Assembly: GCF_902713615.1 (NCBI RefSeq)
Contig: NC_052146.1
Coordinates: 69,521,238-69,585,237 of the forward strand
Direction of reading: 5' to 3'
Length of the DNA: 64,000 bases
Origin: Scyliorhinus canicula
Taxonomy: Eukaryota
Below, piece after piece: positions 11,240 to 23,496 of the stretch. The first letter of the stretch is position 1. Each line of letters opens with the position of its first letter. The position numbers and the translations under genes were made by a program. The notes under the pieces are model-generated. The model saw only the letters and a program-made list of their open reading frames with translations, was not told where the DNA came from and searched no databases.

Positions 11240-12020
11240 TGTGGTCATCTGAAATGCCCGCCCGCAAAGGATAATGGGCATTGTGGCCAGGTTGGGACAC
11301 AGACAGGACACCGCTTGTGTGTATTTGCAAATAGAAATCCAGACCTATACAGAAACTCGCACCGGCTAGAGATCACTCACAGATCTCCCCAGGTCAATGG
11401 GCCTCAGATTGAAACATAACATTACTAGCAGACTCAGGGGCGCCTATTCACCTTATTTGGGAATGCCTACGCGCCATGGACAATAACAACTGGGACCCGC
11501 CCAGCCATCGAGGTATCCGCCCCTAATTGGCCAAAATCGATTTGGGTGATTGAAATCCTATGGATCCATTGGATCCCTACCTGGGACCACCCAAAAGAGC
11601 GTGAAAGATCGCAGGATAAGAAGAACTGCGTGACCAATGCTGTGCCTCTTTTGGGACCGACTTCTCTCGACCAACTGCAGCAAATCGACCAGCCAAGTTC
11701 AAGGACCCGCAATCTCCCCTGAAGGACGAACCTCAACCTGGAGGAACCAGACAACTTCCAGCCACCTGATGTGGGGAATCAGATAAAGGCCTTATCTAAC
11801 CTGCACAGAGCCGGTCACTTGAAAGTTTAGCAAAGGTCCTTTAGACTGCTAGTTATAGCCCAATGTGCAGTAGCGTGTAAGTTATTAAGTATAGAACCAA
11901 TCCTATGTTTGATAATAAACTATAATTGTACTAAAATACTGGTTGTGTGGTCGTTTGTTGAATACACGCAACACACTCACATATTGTGATTATTAAGAGT
12001 AATAAAGATGGAAGCCAACA
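11240..12020 (+). repeat. 3' LTR (781 bp)
   Basis: Runs TGTGGTCATC to GCCAACA and follows a purine-rich stretch (gaagaggatgg, weak PPT). It is roughly 80-85% identical to the 5' LTR by eye. Confidence 0.9.
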
Positions 12021-12874
12021 GATCTTTAAGGTCATCTCGGGGGTGGTGCATGTGAGGTTCGAACCAGGGCTCCAAGAAGCCATATTCGGGGTGTCGGACC
12101 AGCCTGGTTGCAGGCGGGTGTGGGGGCAGATGTCTTAGCCTTCACCTTGCTGATTGTCTGAAGGCGGATCCTGTTGGGGTGGAAGTCAGCTTCTCCACCC
12201 AGTGCCTCAACGAAGCGGGGGGCCTGCTGGAATTGTTTATGGTCTTGAAGATGAAGTTCGAGCTGAGGGGGAGAATGGAAGGGTTCTACAATTCATGGGC
12301 TTGTTTATCATGCACGTTCAAGGATTGGACGCAATCGATCATGAGGGAGGAGGGTGTTTGGGGGGCGAGGTGTTGAGTGTATTATTTGTTGTTTATCATG
12401 TATGGGATGACTGTGGATTCTCTTTTGGCCTGTCTTGTTTTGTATTTGGGATGTTTGGGTTTGTGTGACAAAGGGTTGTTGGTTGGGATATTGCGATTGT
12501 ATTTGTTATTTTTGGCTATCTTTTGTTGGGTGTATTTTGATGAAAAAGTGGAAAATGAGGAGAATAAAAATTGTTTTAAAAAAAAGTTTTGGAAATTCGT
12601 TATTCGGGTCACGTGTTCGACTGTTCTATGTAAATGTTCAAAATAGTATAATGAATATCGTCTCGCGCTTAGGAGATTTAAAATATTCATAAATTGGAAT
12701 TGAAGCAAGAAAATAATATCATCAACTGAGACATTGAAAGAATAATTTTATTGTCCTGCTGTGGTGCAAAGGTGAGATTACTGCAGAGTCAGATCATCCC
12801 CATGTTACACACAATAATATCACATAAACTAATTGGACATTGCTATTTTATATTCAAATGCTACATTTAAAATA

Positions 12875-12880
12875 TTTATT
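12875..12880 (-). terminator. Poly(A) signal of lambda cluster 1; a second candidate lies at 12747-12752
   Basis: AATAAA on the minus strand about 65 nt after the C-exon stop. Confidence 0.6.
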
Positions 12881-12944
12881 CACCATTATCTTCCAATTTT
12901 GCTCTCCCGAAGCTTGCAATAGAATAAAACGCAAGATTATTGCA

Positions 12945-13267
12945 TCACAAACAGTTGGACCGCGAGATACTTGTTTTCAGCGGGTTTGCCAGAGCCTCGT
13001 GTTTGACCAGACAGGAGTAAAGCTCGTGTGAGTCCCACTCTGAGGCTGACAGAGTCAGATAGCTGCTCACACTGAACGTGTTGTCCGCCTCCTGCTGGAT
13101 CCGACTGGTCTCAACTCCGTTCCCTCTGACACTGCCGTCTACAGTCCATTCAATCTCCGCAGCTCCCGGGTTAAACCCGCTCACCAAACACACCAGGGTC
13201 GCCGTGTCCTTCGCTGTGATTTGATCCGATGAAGGCGGGAGGACTGAGACCGAGGGGGCCTGCGGTG
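12945..13267 (-). CDS. IGLC: Ig lambda (type II) constant-region exon, cluster 1, intact
   Basis: Acceptor tttctctttccag, phase 1. Reads APQAPSVSVLPPSS..ATLVCLVSGFNPG..EWTVDG..FSVSSYLTL..YSCLVKHE..SRSNCL*, with both C1-set cysteines, the Trp and the penultimate inter-chain Cys. Confidence 0.95.
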
Positions 13268-14563
13268 CTGGAAAGAGAAAGAGAAACAACGATTGAAGAT
13301 CTTCTGCCAATTAGATGCAAACAGTCGAAATATTTTTTCGATCAAACTGTGCAAGTTATCTGTCATACCATGAAGGATTCAAAATGTGCCTTAACAAATC
13401 ACAGAGAGTCCACAGACCGAGACAACTATGTGATGAATTGAACAAGATCAGAGGGCATCGAGCATTTCGAATAATGAAACTGACAGACTATTCATTCTAA
13501 TTCAGATTAAATCCTGAATATCACCCGTTTGCTTCCTTTGCATTTCCCTGCAATGCTCAGTGCAGATTAGCTGTGCACATTGCGATGTAAATGTAACAGT
13601 GCTCAGCAGCCACAGCCACAGTTGGATTATTACATCCGAAATTCAGCAGAGAAACAGGCCGTCCTCTCCAACTGGACTATCCCAATATTCCGGCCCCATC
13701 CGAGTCTCCTCTCACCCTACCTCCTCTACTTCTATCTGCAAATTATTCTTTCCATTTCCCTCTCGTGCATTTATTTAATTTCACCCTAAAAATATGAGCA
13801 CTGTCCTTCTCGCCCACTCCACGCGGCGGCGAATTACACATCTCCGCTTAAAGAGATAAATCTCCGATTCTGTACTGACTTTATTAGTGACGATGTAATA
13901 GTTGCACAATCTGCATTTGGAGAAGCACGAAGGTTAAAATATCGAGTCCCGATCTGTACTGTCAGACTATGTATTCATGTCCTTGCGAGGTATTAACTCC
14001 TGCCAACACCCTGCACCCACTTTCGCAGCTCTCAATTTCCAGAGAAATGTTTCCCAGTTTCTATCATTTTTCAGAGAAAAGTCGAGTTTCTGGTTTGTTT
14101 TTCATTCGCCTCTGATTCGTAGCGAGCAATTCAGGCGCGAGGCACCGTGTAATCTAAACGCTCCCAGTTGGTTCAGAGTTTTGCTCTCTATCCACATGAT
14201 CTGCTGCCGAAAGCCAAATATTTCTGTTTGTTCCTCTGGCTTTAAAGGGGTCATGAGGGGCATGTTCTTGCTCCATTTCAGATCGCACACATGAAGCGCC
14301 GTGGTAGTAAATGTAGCAAGACGCTAAAAATAACAATCTGCTTCTTTTCCGGAAATCTTTCACGTGGGGAGGGGGAGGTAGAGAAAAGATGACGAACTGT
14401 GACATTTTGCTGCTCATGAACAGCCCAAACAGATTGTGAATATTCGCTTGAAGCTGGGATTTCTATTTATTTACTGAACCCGCGGTAGTATTCATATAAA
14501 ACGAATCAGATTGGAAGGTGCGAGTCACTTGGTGGTTGTGAGATCTGCGTGGGATCTGCATCT

Positions 14564-15738
14564 GGGGCTCGATTCTCCCTTCCTGAGACCAAGGGCTGGA
14601 TTCTCTCCCCCCCCCCCCCCCCCCCCCTCAAGAAAACCGCGAGCGAGACGCAATCCGTTGACCTCGGGCTGGATACTCCAGTAGCCGGCAGAGAGGCAGC
14701 AAGAGAATCCCGCCCAAAGTGTTGACGCCAGGATTCGTGGACTTTGGCAGCAAAACTGGTGCCGAACGTGCACTGATTCAGTGACTGTGGAGGGATTGGC
14801 ACCGGGACCACATGGAACACAATCGATTCCAATCAGAAACGGTGCGGGTGCGCTGGGTCGGTGATTGACACTCTGGAGGCTGACATATACAGCAGCGTAT
14901 ACACACTTCACTCCCCACACACCATCCCTGCCCAAGATGGCACAGCATGTGCTGGAGAACTCGGATACAGCTGATGGGTTGGCTGGGGCCAGAGGGCACC
15001 AAGCCGGGTGGCCTTCGGAGGACACCTATATGACCCGTGGCCCAAAGTTCACAGTGGGCTGTGGCCGGCTTGCACAGCTGCATGGCTACCTTGCAGGCTG
15101 CAGCAATGATGTTCGTGCCCATCCACCCCGACCCCACAGCCCACCTCCTGGCCACCTCCCACTACTTCCAGCCCTAGCAGAAGCCCCCTGGACAGCAGTA
15201 CAACTGTCAGCAAACTGTGGCCACGTTGAACACTTTCGGTACCCCCCTCTCTCCCTCAGCAGCCAGGATGCCTGTTTCACGGTTTTTAAAAGCACAAATG
15301 AAACACGCTGTCAGGAACTCAGTCCATTGGAGGCAGAGAATTACCGAGGCCCGAGAGAATGAAAAATGAAAAATGAAAATCACTTATTGTCACTAGTAAG
15401 CTTCAATGAAGTTACTGTGAAAAGCCCCTTGTCACCACATTCCGGTGCCTGTCCAGGGAGGCTGCTATCGTGCCGTGCTGCTGGCCTGCTTGGTCTGCTT
15501 TAAAAGCCAGCGATTTAGCCCAGTGAGCTAAACCAGCCCCTTGTCAGGCCCACTATCGATATGCAAATGGTGTTTATTGTACGTGCGTTTGGGACCACAT
15601 TGACGGCACTGTCAGGGTAATGGAGAATTGCGACTTGGCATCAAATCGGCACCCACCACGATTTTGATACCAGAACCCATTTCCCACCCAATTAGATTTT
15701 CCGATACTGGCATCAGCCAATAGATAATCCTGCCACTG
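14564..15738. mobile_element. PIF/Harbinger-like non-autonomous DNA element in the J-C intron, with a nested MITE (14593-14715) and a nested SINE
   Basis: GGGC(G/T)(C/G)GATTCTC-type terminal inverted repeats. The inner MITE runs gggctggattctct to agagaatcccgccc. The superfamily is inferred from TIR style. Confidence 0.55.
15361..15540 (-). mobile_element. tRNA-derived SINE, second head type, with (ATTTTTC)n/L2-type tail
   Basis: Tail ggcttttcacagtaacttcattgaagc..tgacaataag is shared with 22754, 33672, 35461 and 57747. Confidence 0.75.
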
Positions 15739-16536
15739 ATATTTAGCTTAATGCAGTAAGGATGTGTTGAGAAAGACGGGGAAAGAGTATCGGCACATGA
15801 ATGGCAGAGGGGCTCCATTTTGCAGCCTCCTGTTACCACAATCAACTTCAAAAACAGAAGAGCGGAAAAGACTTGTCCAATTGTAGGAAATATTTTTTGG
15901 AGTTCTTGATCGCGATCAGTTACAATCTCAGAGATTATCATTGCCCAGGAAGTTTCATTTGATCGAATTCAACTAATCTCGCTACTGTTAATATTTTCTA
16001 GTTTCTTTAAAGGAAATTGAGTCACATTAAATAGGGAACATTATCTCCATCGCTAAAGGAGGAGTGGGCTTAAGTAGGGTGCTCTATCCGGTGCAATCTT
16101 GATTGGCCGAATGGCTTCGTTCTGCATTGTAATTGCTATGATTCTATTCTATAGATTTGCTTAATATATTTCTAAAGCCTAAACGAGGAACGAATCATAG
16201 CAAGGTACAGAGTAAATAATAATTATCTGAATGAACCTCATCAGCGTCACATGCAGATCAACATGCATTATAAAAGTATTATAATTAAACTGGGGCAAGA
16301 TCCATTGCAATGCCGTTCTACAGGGAGAAAATTCCTAAAGATTTAGAACTCCTGCTTCATGTGACATTTTCTCGAGCATTTGGGAGGAAAAATTGAGGCC
16401 CACCTATTTGGAAACACCATGAGCTAATGAATGATCAATGTTTGCTCCAAAGCTATTGGCTGTTATTGGATTAATTTAGCACTTCAAATGTAGAAATTTA
16501 AAAATCTAGCATGTTCATGGCGAAAATTGCACTTAC

Positions 16537-16887
16537 CGCCCAGATTCAGTTTAGTTCCTTTCCCGAAAGTGAATCCACCAGCACTGCTATCCCAGGCGCC
16601 ACAATAATAATCAGCGACATCCTCGGCCATTACATTGGAGTTGGTTAAATGCATAACATTCTTCGATGTCTCCCTTGATCCAGTGAATCGAACAGGAATC
16701 CCCGAACCTCTGGAAGAATCATAGTCCCCCCAGACAAACACAGGGGCACTGCCGGGTTTCTGCCAGTACCAGCTCGTGTAGTAGCTGTTCATGCTGCCTC
16801 CGGACATGGTGCAAGTGATTGTGACCGTTTTCCCCAGTGAAGATGAGATAGACGCAGGCTGAGTTAGCACAATCCCGGCGTTGGTAC
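16537..16887 (-). CDS. IGLV: Germline-joined VJ exon of Ig lambda (type II), cluster 1, in frame and intact
   Basis: Acceptor tttctctag and donor G|GTAAGT give a 351-nt phase 1-1 exon. Reads IVLTQPAS..TITC..WYWQKPGSAPVFVW..RFTGS..ADYYC-GAWDSSAGGFT-FGKGTKLNLG. There is no RSS between V and J. Confidence 0.95.
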
Positions 16888-17011
16888 CTAGAGAAATAAA
16901 AAGTTATTGTTTAGCGATCCTGTAATTCAAATCCAACCAGTTTAAACACTTGCACCCGATCAGCGAAATACAAAGACACTTAAAATAATCGTTCCGAATC
17001 CCCGTACTCAC

Positions 17012-17060
17012 TTTGCAAACAAAGCACCAGGGCCACGAGAACGCGAAGCCACTCACACAT
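17012..17060 (-). CDS. Leader exon, lambda cluster 1
   Basis: MCEWLRVLVALVLCLQ plus 1 nt, donor GTGAGT. The 124-nt intron splices in frame to the VJ exon. Confidence 0.9.
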
Positions 17061-17184
17061 TCTGTAGATTATTATCAAGGTCAGGGCAAAATATTTCGCT
17101 CCACGAACCTAATAATTCGGCAGCTGCGAAACCTCTCTTTAAGACCATTCGTACAACCGGATATCACGTTCGCATCTATTGTAT

Positions 17185-17192
17185 ATGCAAAT
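17185..17192 (-). promoter_or_regulatory. Ig V-promoter octamer (ATTTGCAT on the sense strand)
   Basis: Perfect octamer about 125 nt upstream of the leader ATG, matching the spacing and orientation in cluster 2. Confidence 0.85.
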
Positions 17193-17788
17193 ACCTTTCA
17201 GGTCGTGGCCGTTCATTGGATCTTTGGAATTGGTCTGATTGACGTTTGTAAAAGTTAGTGTTGGCAACGTTGAATATCAGACTATTAATGACATTCTGAA
17301 ATCGGTGTGGAGAAATTGTATTGGCCATTTTCCAGTGGCGACACTGATTGAGTTCATATGAAGTTCCATTGTTTGATTTTAAATATATATATTTTACAAT
17401 ATAAAATCTGTTTCATTGACTTCAATTGGAATTCGTGCAAACGAAATTAAGGAAACAGTTAACCTAATGGGGTTTAAATCATTAAACATTGTTCAGTTGA
17501 AAGAAAGTTCAAGCCAACGTGCAGAGTAGACTGCGAGCAGACAGTAGCAGGTATCATATCTCCTTATTCAGGCCCCAATGATTTCCATTTCATTTCAGTT
17601 TAAGGTTAATCGCCCCGAAAACCTCATTCAGTTTTAAAATCCAAACGTGAACACAGCATAATTCCTAATCACAATGTTCTGATAACTAACTCTTCCAAAT
17701 AGCCTGAATGAAATTGAGCTTTTTATTTCAGCTTTGAATGGAAACTGAATTTCATAGCTGGCAAACTGCATCAATTTTAATGCGGTTC

Positions 17789-18013
17789 TTTTTATTTATT
17801 TATTTATTTTAAATTTAAGGACCCGATTCATTTTTTCCAATTAAGGGCCAATTTAGCATGGCCAATCCACCTACACTGCACATCTTCGGGTTGTTGGGGG
17901 GGGGGGGGGGGCGAAACCCACACAAATGCGGGAGAATGTGCAAACTCCACATGGACAGTGACCCAGAGCCGGGACCTGGGACCTCGGCGTCGTGAGGCAA
18001 CAATGCGCCACGT
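17789..18013 (-). mobile_element. V-SINE, poly-A-tail subfamily
   Basis: T-rich end, ttttttccaattaaggg..aatttagcatggccaatcc, and a tRNA-like head. Confidence 0.8.
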
Positions 18014-18269
18014 GGAAACTGCATTCCATAGCGAGGAAACTGCACCACTTTCAATGCGGTTCTGATGGAGAATGTCCTGTACATTATAGCGACCTTGGAA
18101 TCACGGGATTTCACTACCCGTGCTCGCAACAAGCTGCTCTCGTACCAAAAGATGATGCAAACTGCCGATGCTCATTCAGCACTGACTTGTGGCACTGCGT
18201 CGAAAAGTCGTGAAAGCTGTGAGACGCCAGCTTTCGTTTACTTTGGTTTACATAAAGGGGAAAGCAGGA

Positions 18270-19990
18270 AGACCTGAATATTGAAGGGTACAGCATATTT
18301 AGGAGGGCCAGAAAACGAGGAAAATCGGGTGAAGTGATTCCATCAGGTAACTGCGGTGTCAGCGCAAAAGATAGGGATGGCGTCAGTTCATGGAACCAAG
18401 ATTTGGAAATGGTTTGGAGGGAGTTGAAAAAGGGCAATTGCAAAATGTCATTTGTGAGAGTACTGTACCGGCCCCCAAACATTAACCACATTGTACGGTG
18501 GAACATAAAGAAATAAATAACTGGAGCTTGTCGGAAAGGCATGGCAATAATCATGGGAGATTTTAATTTACATATGCACTGGAAAAGTCAATGGGTAAAC
18601 CGAGGCTATATGGGGGATTCATTCTGCACAGTTTCATCAGCACGTTCTGGAGTAGGCTGTACTCAAAGTGATATTGTGAATGAAATGGGATAACGATCAC
18701 ATACTGAGTACACCCGTAGGGGCAGAGATTACAATATGATCGATTTTTCCTTTGATTTTGATTTGAGACATAAATAAAGGTATTTTTTAAGGTCATGAAA
18801 GTTGAGCTGGATGAAGAAAATTGGCAAATTCGGTTACGCATTAGGTGCATCGAGATGCATTGGCAAACATTTAAGGGGATATTTCAGAACTCTCCGAAAT
18901 GATATATTCCAACGAGTAAGAGGCAGTCCAAGCGGCAGACCCAGCATCCATGGTTAACTAAAAAGGCTAAAGATCTTTTCGAAGTTAAAGGAAAAAGATC
19001 TGCGGCTGGATACTCTGTTCCCCCAGCCGCGTGTTTCTCGGCCGTGCGCCATTCGCCGGCGGCAGGATTCTCCACTCCCACCGTTTGTCAAAGGAAATTC
19101 CAATTAAAGCCATCCCACAGTGCTGGGAAACCCATGAGGGTCGGGGGGTGGGGGGGGGGGGGGTACGCTGCTGGCGGGAACAGAGGATCCCAATTGCCGG
19201 AGAACTCCGGTGTGTAACCACAGGTGGCAGGTCGGAAAGTTGGAGAGAATACAAGGAGCAGAAAAGGATGACTAAAAGATTCCTGGGGGGGGGGGGGGGG
19301 TACAATAGGACGCTCGCCAGAAATATCAACACAGGTAGTAAGTGGTCTTTCTTTCACAAATGTTTAAAAATAAAAGGGTTATCAAAGTGAGTGTTGATGC
19401 TATAGGAAGTACGCCTGGAGAATTGATAATAGAAAACAAACAGATGGCAGAACAATTATTTTGCATTTGTCTTCACGAGAGGATACAGGTAACTTCCCAG
19501 AAGTAACTATAAACCAGGAACTGGAAGGGAGGAAGCAACTCGGGAAATTTACAGTCACCAGAGAGGTGACATTGAGTTAATTGCAGGAGCTCCAGGTTGA
19601 CAAGAGCCTGGCGCCTGCTGGACTTTATCTGATGATCTTAAAAGAAGTAGCTTGTGAGATAGGGTTGAATTGTCCAAAATTCCATAGATTTGGAGAAGGT
19701 GTTTTCAGATTCGAAGACAGCAAACATAACTCCTTTATTCAAAAAAGGAGGGATGGAGAAAGCAGAAAATTGCACAGCAGTTAGTTCAGCATCTGTTCCA
19801 GGCCAAATGTTAGATGTTATTTTTAAAGAAGTTAAAAAGGGGCACTTCAAGAAGAGCAACGTAATCAGGCACCATAAAAGGCTAGTATGTGGGTACAGCA
19901 AGTAATTAAGAAAGCTAATAAAACATTATCATTAATTGCGAGAGGAATTGAATACACAGTGAATACTAATTTATGCTTCAGCTGCACAGG
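18270..19990 (+). mobile_element. Old degraded CR1 ORF2 fragments, interrupted by a Harbinger-like MITE (about 19002-19209)
   Basis: VLYRPP, GDFNL, VDKS..P.G, TANITPLFKKG..ENCTAVS remnants. Confidence 0.7.
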
Positions 19991-21459
19991 GTATTAGTGT
20001 TTAGCTAAGATTTATGCTGTTCACTTGTTTGCAATAACTTTCCTATTGTAAATCATATCAGGTCTGCTCACTCAACACCATGGCAAAAAAGAAAACTTTA
20101 AATCGTGAATTCAGAAAGTTAATTAAACATTAAAAAGGTAACAGGTTAGAAAGATAAAAACTAGTGTTGATTAACTGTAGTTAGCAGTAATTACCAGTAA
20201 AAGGAGAACATTTAAAATTAACAATTTAACAGATTTCTCCCCACTCCTCTAAGACCAGGACGTAAAGTGAAGGCTCTGAAAACACACAGAACATGTCAAA
20301 CATCCACGGTGGCTTCCCGAGAAATTTCCCGTATACGTTGAGGAAGTTGAAAACCCATCTTGTTCAATTGTTGGAAAATAGCCAATCGGTCTATAATTTG
20401 TCAACAATGAAATAAGAGTTGACCCATTTTTTATAGCTACTTTCACACCCTGTCTTAACTTAAAAGATAATGTCTTCTTTGAATCTGTATCTCTTAGCCT
20501 GAGTTATCATACTTGTCCAACAACACTTGGTTAACAGACCTTCCTGTGAATCACAATTAAAGCATCTTGCATAAAGGCCTATTCATATTTATCAGTCAAG
20601 GTTAACGAAATGTATAGCGTTCTTGTTATCATTTCAGCCAGGCTGAGAAGACTGCATTTTATCTTCCCCATCACATTTAGGAATTGCAATAAATACAAGT
20701 ATAAAGTTTTATAATTATTAAAGTGATAAACTTTTTGTTTTGCAAGTTATATTACGAGCCTTCCTAATACATGGATTAATGAATTATTTATTATTTAATT
20801 GTCTCACAATTAAGGCTGGCTATTTAACTAACCTGTCTGGTTTCCAATAATACAGTAGCGGGGTTTGTTTAATGGCTTCTAGGTTTCTAACTGTATTAGA
20901 TTATTATGTCAAGTAACATGTTGGTTCGGACTACAGTATTGTAGATGCACAACAGAAATGGATTTTGAGATGACTGAAATGGTATGGGGAGTATTATTTT
21001 CAGCATTGGTAACCTTCTTTCACGATTGATGTAACTGTGAAAGAAGCAGATCAGAGAAGGTTTACTGTTATAATGCCTGGAGTGGTGCGGTGGGCTGTGT
21101 TAAGGGGAAAGGTTAGCCAGGTGAGGGGGCTGGAGTTTTGAAGAGTAAGAGCTGTCTTCATTGAAACATATATAGCTAGAATTCTGGCCGTTGGGATTAT
21201 GTTTCCGCTGGCTGTGCACCCCGGATAGCGGGGGTGGGATTCTGTGATCCTGAGGCTAAGTTTTGATGCTGTCGTAAACACTGTCGCGTTTTAGGCTTCC
21301 TTTTCCGCGCCTCCACCGATGCAACATGGCCTTGGGCTACAGGAGCCAGCATGGAACAAAAGAGGCCCCAGCCCTAGACAACGGACCTGATCATTTCCCG
21401 TGCACACTTTACCCTCACAAGTGATAGTGCAAGAACGCATACCCGGCAGGCGCAGCTGC

Positions 21460-21880
21460 AAGCCAATTTTGTGTCCCCACACACCATACTACACATGGAC
21501 GCTCACACACAAACTGAACCCCACCCCCCCCCCACACCCATAATCATAAAAACTACCCAAATCAGCAATCACCATTCTCACAAGGCCACCGCCCCATGCA
21601 CACACAGTGTCGTTCAATGCACATCATTCCCCCAACCCCCCCGGCCTCCGCCCAAGCTCACTCACACCCAGCATTTTCCATGCCCACCATCGGTTCTTCC
21701 TTCACACACATGCACAACAGACATACAAAAATAACCCCTCTTTACTCGCACCCAATCGCGCGAAGCAGACAAAACCGTACACGTCCACACAGTTGCCGTC
21801 CATCCCCACAACATGCACAAACGCCACACGCCTCAAACACGAAAACTATCCCAACCTGCCTGCACACGCGTTGCTTGTTT
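21460..21880. repeat. Degenerate CA-rich, G-poor low-complexity tract
   Basis: Strong strand-compositional skew with many cacac and cccc runs. No regular period is visible. Confidence 0.6.
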
Positions 21881-22115
21881 TGAGCTGCTGCTGTTGTTCG
21901 TTTATCTAATTTGTTTTATACGTGAACAGATATTGAGGAATAACTGAATGATATGGATGTTCTGCAATATTAATGCAGTCTTTGCTTGATTACAAAGCAC
22001 AATTAATTTGGGTTCATTCTCCACTGAGGCATGGAACGCCTTGTACTGTCGCCTTAGGGCACATTGAAGGGCCTAATTCAGTATAAAGAACAGGATCATC
22101 AGTGCTGGATATGTT

Positions 22116-22440
22116 ATCATAGGATTTACAGTGCAGAAGGAGGCCATTCGGCCCATCGAGTCGGCACTGGCCCTTGGAAAGAGCACCCTACTTAAGCCCC
22201 ACATCTGCACTCTATTCCCTACCCGCAGTCTAAACTTTTTTAGATACTAAGGGCAATTTAGCATGGCCAATCCACCTAACCTGCATATCTTTGGACTGTG
22301 GGAGGAAACCAGAGGACAACACAGCAGACATGGGGAGAACGTGCAGACTCCATGCAGACAGTGGCCATAGCCGGGGAATCGAACCTGGGACCCTGGTGCT
22401 GTGAAGCAACCCTGTTAACCAATGTGCTCCCGTGCTGCCC
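22116..22440 (-). mobile_element. HE1-type SINE with CR1 tail
   Basis: catagg(a)atttacagtgcagaaggaggccattcggccc tail, V-core and head. Confidence 0.85.
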
Positions 22441-22753
22441 TCCAATATCAGAAAATATCGAGTGAAATGCAACAATCCGTTAAGGGGACAAAGGGAAGTT
22501 TGCGAACTCCCGAACCTCAGAGCGGAATCTGACTCAGGATTGTGAAGGTTAGAGCAATGGTATCCTCTGGCACCCAGGGGTCCTTTGAAATAACAACAAA
22601 ACATATGTGGATTATTCAGTCGCTTGGAACCTATAGCAACACATGAGATGCATCTATTCGGTGGTATGTGTAATTAATTATTATTACTTCGCATGGTCTT
22701 GTGGCAGTTAGATGCAGATTTGGTCACCTTCGGAGCTGCCTCATTCTGTAACC

Positions 22754-23062
22754 ATAATAATAGTCTTTATTGTCACAAGTGGGCTTACACTAACCTGTGA
22801 TGAAGTTACTGTGGAAAGCCCCTAGACGCCACATTCCAGCACTTGTTCAGGTACACAGAGGGAGAATTCAGAATGTCTAATTCAACTAACAAAAAAGTCT
22901 TTCGGAACTTGTGGGAGGAAACCGGAGTACACGGAGGAAACCCACGCAGATACGGGGCGAACGTACAGATTCTGCACAGAGAGTGATCCAAGCCGGGAAT
23001 AGAACCTGGGACCCTGGTGCTGTGAAGCAACAGTGCTGACCACGTTGATACCGTCATGTCCC
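22754..23062 (-). mobile_element. V-SINE with (ATT)n L2-type tail
   Basis: ataataatagtctttattgtcacaag.. tail joined to a V-SINE head and core. Confidence 0.8.
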
Positions 23063-23496
23063 GTGCTGGAGGAGGAAGAATAGCATTTCCTTCAAGTAAG
23101 TGGTCATACAGGCCTGAACTCCAGTCTGATTTATTTCAGATAAGGAGGCCCGACGTCTAGAATTTGCCATGCCTTTCCATTAATATCAGAGACTCAGAAC
23201 TAGCAGAAGTGCATGGAGTTCACCGAAGTACGGGAAGGAGGCTCATGTGCAACATAACCTCCACTTTCCCTCCTGTCCCCATAACCATTTATTCCCTTCT
23301 TGATCCAAAGTCTGTTTGACTAACCTTGAATCTATTCAATGATCCAGCAGGCACTGCTCTCTGGGATAGACAATTCCAAACACTGAAGAGAGAAGAAACT
23401 TCTCCTTGCCCCTGTCGTAAATGGGAGAATCCAAAAAATCCAAACATCAATTTGTGCCTCCTAGTTCTAGACTCCCCATGAAAATAATATATTGGC

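Larger units (their letters stand above)
3059..12020 (+). mobile_element. Decayed, internally deleted LTR retroelement (Ty3/Gypsy-like or retrovirus-related): LTR, gag, [pro/RT/RH missing], integrase, accessory region, LTR
   Basis: Paired TG..CA LTRs and a 4-bp TSD with one mismatch (ggtc 3055-3058, gatc 12021-12024). Gag and integrase remnants lie inside. Confidence 0.85.
228..12585 (+). mobile_element. Decayed L1/Tx1-clade LINE (RT, C-terminal domain and 3' UTR) split into five pieces: about 228-514, 844-1180, 1947-2632, 2967-3058 and 12021-12585
   Basis: The pieces read in ORF2 order: SPLLF..IEPLAI, HRVSLCADDLLL (RT YADD region), FSWYKLNLVKNEYF, RWNGL.., EVLQRTNTSNSCGRLGLIQLKVIYR, then CEHSGRNPASHFQILCSCVKREVYWRE. 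After the LTR element it resumes as IFKVISGVVHVRFEPG..AIFGVSD and LAF..RRILLGW. A GT-rich 3' UTR, AATAAA and an A-tail follow near 12563-12585. Confidence 0.85.
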
